64,000 nucleotides of DNA, taken from an uncultured bacterium. GTDB taxonomy: Bacteria; Eisenbacteria; RBG-16-71-46; CAIMUX01. The translations under genes and the position numbers were made by a program. The DNA lies in contig CAYJLF010000001.1 in the NCBI GenBank assembly GCA_964371055.1, positions 277,639 through 341,638 on the forward strand, in the 5' to 3' direction. Shown piece after piece: positions 60,148 to 64,000 of the stretch. How positions within the stretch are numbered: the first letter of the stretch is position 1; the number at the start of each line of letters is the position of its first letter. The notes below the pieces were generated by a model. That model was not told the DNA's origin, ran no database searches, and saw only the letters and a program-made list of their open reading frames with translations.

Positions 60148-60963
60148 TCAACTCCCAGTGCTCTGGTAACGGCGGACTCCACGCCGCCACACGACGAGGG
60201 AAGCCGCCAGCGTGAGCCCCGCCGCCAGCGGCGTGAGAAACGGCAACCACGACGGCAGGTTCCACGGATCGCTCTTCCCCAGAAGATGCAGCGACGGCAG
60301 GTAGTTGATGAAGGCCATCGGGAGGAAGAAGGTGAAAACCCGCCTCATCCAGGCCGGATAGATCTGCATCGGGTAGCTCGTCATCGCCTGCCCGCCGTAG
60401 CTGAAGACGTTGGTCAGCTCTCCCGTCTGCGGGCTCCAGAAAGCGGTGGAGGCGCCGGCGATGAAGATGCCGAGAAAGATCGCGCTCCCCGAGACGAGCA
60501 TGAGGATGAGGAAAAGGCCGTCGAGAAGACCCCAAGCCGGGCGCAGTTCGCTCAGCGCCCAGCCGAAGGCGACCGCTCCCTGCGTGAGCCGCCCGAGGTG
60601 GCGGAGTTGCAGATCGCTCGTGATCACCTGGAATCCGAGCGGCAACGGACGGGTCAGCAGCCGGTCGAAGTCGCCCATCCGCACCCGCGTGTCGAACCCC
60701 TGATAGCCGCCCGAGAGGATCTCCGCCAGGGTGAACGACAGAGAGGAGGTGCCGTAGAGAAAGGCCACCTCGGGCAGTGTCCAGTCGCCGATCGATCCGA
60801 ACCGGTGCAGCAGGATGACCAGGCCGACGAAGTCCAGCGAGGTCAGCACCACGTTGCCCAGGAGCTCCAGCCCGAAGGCGGCGCGGTACTGCATCTCGGA
60901 GCGCACGCGCGCGCCGATCAGGATGAAGTAGAGCCGGACGCGGCGGCGCATCTCATCCTCCAA
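60148..60963 (-). CDS. ABC-2 family transporter permease
   Basis: 6-TM hydrophobic protein in an operon with the ATPase; an ABC2_membrane-like fold is inferred. Confidence 0.6.
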   Translation of the reverse strand: MEDEMRRRVRLYFILIGARVRSEMQYRAAFGLELLGNVVLTSLDFVGLVILLHRFGSIGDWTLPEVAFLYGTSSLSFTLAEILSGGYQGFDTRVRMGDFDRLLTRPLPLGFQVITSDLQLRHLGRLTQGAVAFGWALSELRPAWGLLDGLFLILMLVSGSAIFLGIFIAGASTAFWSPQTGELTNVFSYGGQAMTSYPMQIYPAWMRRVFTFFLPMAFINYLPSLHLLGKSDPWNLPSWLPFLTPLAAGLTLAASLVVWRRGVRRYQSTGS

Positions 60964-61744
60964 ACGCCGGTAGCCGGCGCAGCGTGCGGCGCAGGATCAG
61001 CCGCCCGATCCCGGTCAGAAGGGCGACCCAGGCGAGTTGCACGGCGAAGGCCCGGAAGAGGCCCACGCCCTGGATCTTCCCCAGGTAGACACTGATCGGC
61101 AGGTGCGCCATGGAGGAGAACGGCAGCCAGTCGACCACCGCGCGCGCCCCTTCCGGCAGGAAGTTCAGAGGGATGATGAAGCCGGAGAGGAGCAGAATCG
61201 GCGCAGAAGTGAGGTATTGGATCCCCCGCGTCTCGACCGTGACGAAGGCGAGGCTGTTCACGACGAAGCGGAAGGCGAAGCTGAGCAGCATCCCGATGGC
61301 GAGGGCGACCAGCACGAGGGGCCAGGTGAAGACCCCCGACGGGAGCGACGCGCGGAAGAGCCAAAGGCCGAGCAGGTACGTCGGCGCCCCGCGGAAAAGG
61401 AGGTAATAGGCGGATCGGCCGAGATCGATCGCCCCCCAGTAGAGATGGAGGTCGAGCGGCCGGCCGAGGTCGATCGCGATGTCGCCCCGCACGATCCGCT
61501 CCGACAACTCACGGTTGCCGAAGGCGGTCATCACCATGAGCAGCGCCTGGCTCACCGTCGCGTAGGTCACGGCATCCTGGGCATTCAAACCGCCGACCAC
61601 GTCGCGATGCCAGAAGAGGGCCCGATAGAGAGAGACGTAGACGGCGCCAAAGAAGAGGTTGGTGGCGAGCCCGGCGAGATTGGCGGCGCGGTAGGCGAGG
61701 TATCGCTGAAAGGTCCGGGCCGCCACCTGGAGATAGACCTGCAT
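60953..61744 (-). CDS. ABC-2 family transporter permease (second permease subunit)
   Basis: 6-TM protein starting MQVYLQVAARTFQRYLAYRAANLAG. 11-nt overlap with the downstream permease. Trimmed from the 449-aa track ORF. Confidence 0.6.
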   Translation of the reverse strand: MQVYLQVAARTFQRYLAYRAANLAGLATNLFFGAVYVSLYRALFWHRDVVGGLNAQDAVTYATVSQALLMVMTAFGNRELSERIVRGDIAIDLGRPLDLHLYWGAIDLGRSAYYLLFRGAPTYLLGLWLFRASLPSGVFTWPLVLVALAIGMLLSFAFRFVVNSLAFVTVETRGIQYLTSAPILLLSGFIIPLNFLPEGARAVVDWLPFSSMAHLPISVYLGKIQGVGLFRAFAVQLAWVALLTGIGRLILRRTLRRLPAFGG

Positions 61745-61779
61745 CGGTCCCTCGCTGCGCCGAACGACCACGCCCCGCT

Positions 61780-64000
61780 TCAGCCTCCCAGCAGCCGCCC
61801 TCGTCCCAGCAGCGACTCGACGGCGAGCAGCAGAAGCACCATGATCAGGAGCGGTTTCCACAACTCGCGGCCATAGCGGCCGGTCAGAAGCTCGCGCGTG
61901 ATCTCCTGCTGCGGCTCCAGGATTTTCGCCTCCCGGCCGAAGAGACCCTTCATCGACTCCGGGTTGGCGACCGCAAGGTCCCCCTCGGTCGCATCGAGGT
62001 TGACCGCGAAGCGCGTCAGCGTTCGTCCCGAGACATCCTCGAAGCGGTAGATCCCGGGCCACGGGGCCGGCTGCGACCGCAGGCGAATCGTCCGCTCGAC
62101 CGGCGAGGCCTCGACCGGCGTCCGCGTGCCGAGCGGATCGACGCAGGTCACGGCCCCTTCCACGTCGCTCTCCGGCACCATCGCTTCCAGTCGCGCCCCC
62201 ACCAGGCCGACCCGCCCCTCCTCGCCGCCCCGCGACGCCAGGTAGCCGACCATCTTGTGCAGCAGCGGGGGGTAGGAGGCGCTCAACACGAAGTCGTTCC
62301 ACTGCCCGTCGAGCGAACTGGTGAAGAGCAGGAACCCAGGCTCCTCCAGAATGGCCGGATACGAACGCCCGAACTCGGCCAGCACGCGCGCCTCCTGTCC
62401 CGTGCGGCAGGTGACCAGCTTGCCGAAGCGCGCCGAGCCGAGATCATCGCCCGGACCGATCGGGAAGCCGCCGAAGATGGCGTGCGCCAGGACGAGCGGA
62501 CGCAAGCTCCGGAAGGTGCCCGGGGCGTCCTCCGCCGCGATGTTCAGAAGCTCGACCGAGGAGAGCCGCGGGAGAATCTCCGTGTGGTAGTAGCGCGGGT
62601 CGATCCGGTCGCCGAGACCGAGGAGGATCCCGCCCCCCCGCGCCTTGAAGCGAACGAGGTTCTCCACCGCCGGGACCGAGAGCCGCCCCACGTTCGAGAG
62701 AATGACGACCTGCGCGTTCCAATCGGGCTCTGTCGCCAGGCCCTCCGGCGTGGTCTCACGCACCTGGTAGAACTCGCCCGTCCCCTCGGGATCGAGCGCG
62801 GTGCGGAGAAACCGCCCCTCCTCCGGACTTCCGCCGGTGACTAAGAGGACGCGGCGCGCCCCCGGATCTCCCGCGACAAACCAGCCGGTGTTATCCCATT
62901 CCAGGGCATCCGCCCCCGACTTCACCTCGATCGCTCCATCCCCCGGCAACGCCGACAGCGGAATCGCCACGTCGTCGCGGCCTCCCGCGGGTAGATCGTA
63001 GACCGCATCACCGAGGATCATGCGATCGCCCAGGGCCGACGACGCGCGCAGCACGCGTTCCCGTACCGGAGAATCGGCATGATTCGCGAGCGTGACGACC
63101 AGGCGCCCACCGCGCGCCAGGGTCGTCGCGGCCTCATGGCGCAGGCGCGCCAGGGAGACATTGGCCATCGATTCCATCCGCGCCGGCACGAGGTAGACGA
63201 TGATCCCCTCCGGAATCGAGAACGACGCGGCGAGACTCTCCGCCACCGCTCCGCTGCCGTCGCGGGCCGCCTCGCGCCATGCATCCAGGTCGTGCTTCTG
63301 GAAGTCGGAAACGATGAAGAGCTCCCGGTTCATCGTGCGCGCACCGGCCAGGAGGGGGATCACCTGCGCCAGCGCGGCGGGCAGATCCGAACGCCCCGCG
63401 CTGAGCGTGGCCCGCCGTATCTCCTGCCGCAGAAGGCCGGCATCCGCGATCGAGGTGGCGAAGGGGATCGCCACCGGACGGCCGCTGAGCGCCAAGAGGG
63501 CGCGGTCTCCCTCCGCCATCAGATCGAGGATCTCGAGCGCACGCTCTCGGGCCAGCGCATAGACCGTCCCGCGGTCGTCGACGCCCCCGTTCGAGGCCCC
63601 GGTTCCGGTCCCGCCGGCTGCGGTTGCCCCGGGATCCGCCGCGCCGACCGTCATGGCCGTGGGAGTCTCCCCGGTCAGGCGCGGATCGGCCGCTGCCATG
63701 CTCCAGCTATTGTCCAGCACGATCGCGATCGTCGAACTGCCGCGCGACGCCAGTCCCGATCCCCGGTGCACCGGCTTGCCCATCGCCAGAGCGAAAAGGG
63801 CTATGATCAGCACGCGCAGCGCCAGCAGCAGCCACTGGCGCAACCGCATCCGCCGGACTTTCTGACGCGAGATCTCCTGCAGGAACTCGAGGCTGGAGAA
63901 GGGGAGTTCCTTCGCCCGCCGCCGACTGAAGAGGTGGATCAGGATCGGCAGCGCCGCCGCCGTCAGCCCGACCAGGAAGAGCGGGTTGAGGAAATTCAGG
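61780..64000 (-). CDS. BatA-like aerotolerance-type protein (N-terminal double-TM domain plus von Willebrand factor A domain), 5'-truncated at the window end
   Basis: The frame remains open upstream of the track start, to nt 64000: ...LNFLNPLFLVGLTAAALPILIHLFSRRRAKELPFSSLEFLQEISRQKVRRMRLRQWLL... is the BatA N-terminal double-TM signature. This is followed by the VWA segment IAIVLDNSWSMAA with a MIDAS DxSxS motif. Confidence 0.75.
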   Translation of the reverse strand, partial: LNFLNPLFLVGLTAAALPILIHLFSRRRAKELPFSSLEFLQEISRQKVRRMRLRQWLLLALRVLIIALFALAMGKPVHRGSGLASRGSSTIAIVLDNSWSMAAADPRLTGETPTAMTVGAADPGATAAGGTGTGASNGGVDDRGTVYALARERALEILDLMAEGDRALLALSGRPVAIPFATSIADAGLLRQEIRRATLSAGRSDLPAALAQVIPLLAGARTMNRELFIVSDFQKHDLDAWREAARDGSGAVAESLAASFSIPEGIIVYLVPARMESMANVSLARLRHEAATTLARGGRLVVTLANHADSPVRERVLRASSALGDRMILGDAVYDLPAGGRDDVAIPLSALPGDGAIEVKSGADALEWDNTGWFVAGDPGARRVLLVTGGSPEEGRFLRTALDPEGTGEFYQVRETTPEGLATEPDWNAQVVILSNVGRLSVPAVENLVRFKARGGGILLGLGDRIDPRYYHTEILPRLSSVELLNIAAEDAPGTFRSLRPLVLAHAIFGGFPIGPGDDLGSARFGKLVTCRTGQEARVLAEFGRSYPAILEEPGFLLFTSSLDGQWNDFVLSASYPPLLHKMVGYLASRGGEEGRVGLVGARLEAMVPESDVEGAVTCVDPLGTRTPVEASPVERTIRLRSQPAPWPGIYRFEDVSGRTLTRFAVNLDATEGDLAVANPESMKGLFGREAKILEPQQEITRELLTGRYGRELWKPLLIMVLLLLAVESLLGRGRLLGG

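Overview
This 64 kb window has about 70% GC and is densely coding, with roughly 47 supportable protein-coding genes on both strands. I found no rRNA, tRNA, CRISPR array or obvious IS element. Because the GC content is so high, the six-frame track is full of long antisense and out-of-frame ORFs, rich in Arg/Gly/Pro/Ala, which I treat as artefacts. Gene starts were re-placed using signal peptides and Shine-Dalgarno-like GGAGG motifs. The content looks like a chromosomal accessory region of an environmental high-GC bacterium, and several points favour a Gemmatimonadota / FCB-group candidate lineage, namely the shared C-terminal domain on many secreted proteins, the bd-like oxidase with a fused haem c domain, and selenoprotein usage.

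The recognisable blocks are:
- a MacAB-type efflux system
- a sensor kinase, a class A penicillin-binding protein, and a heterodimeric ABC exporter followed by an FHA-GAF-PP2C phosphatase
- an asparagine synthase / Wzx flippase pair divergent from phosphoglucomutase
- an O2/ROS respiratory-detox cluster: small di-CXXCH protein, rubrerythrin, a secreted CXXCH protein, and CydB-like plus CydA-cytochrome-c fusion subunits
- a set of large secreted proteins that all end in the same ~80-aa FlgD-Ig-like (T9SS-type) C-terminal domain: a 1611-aa gingipain-like C25 homolog, a PNGase F homolog, an RCC1 beta-propeller, a beta-propeller-like protein, a CXXCH protein, and a 5'-truncated paralog at the window start
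- an antioxidant triad of peroxiredoxin, a two-domain thioredoxin-fold PDO-like protein, and Fe/Mn superoxide dismutase
- Mfd, a DinB-family protein, a GT39-TPR glycosyltransferase, and an ABC-2 transporter followed by a BatA/VWA gene that runs off the end of the window

The most interesting single call is the PDO-like gene. It is interrupted by an in-frame TGA exactly at the first Cys of the conserved CPYC motif, and a hairpin sits ~13 nt downstream of the TGA in the mRNA. I read this as a selenocysteine codon with a bacterial SECIS element, giving a U-P-Y-C selenoprotein.
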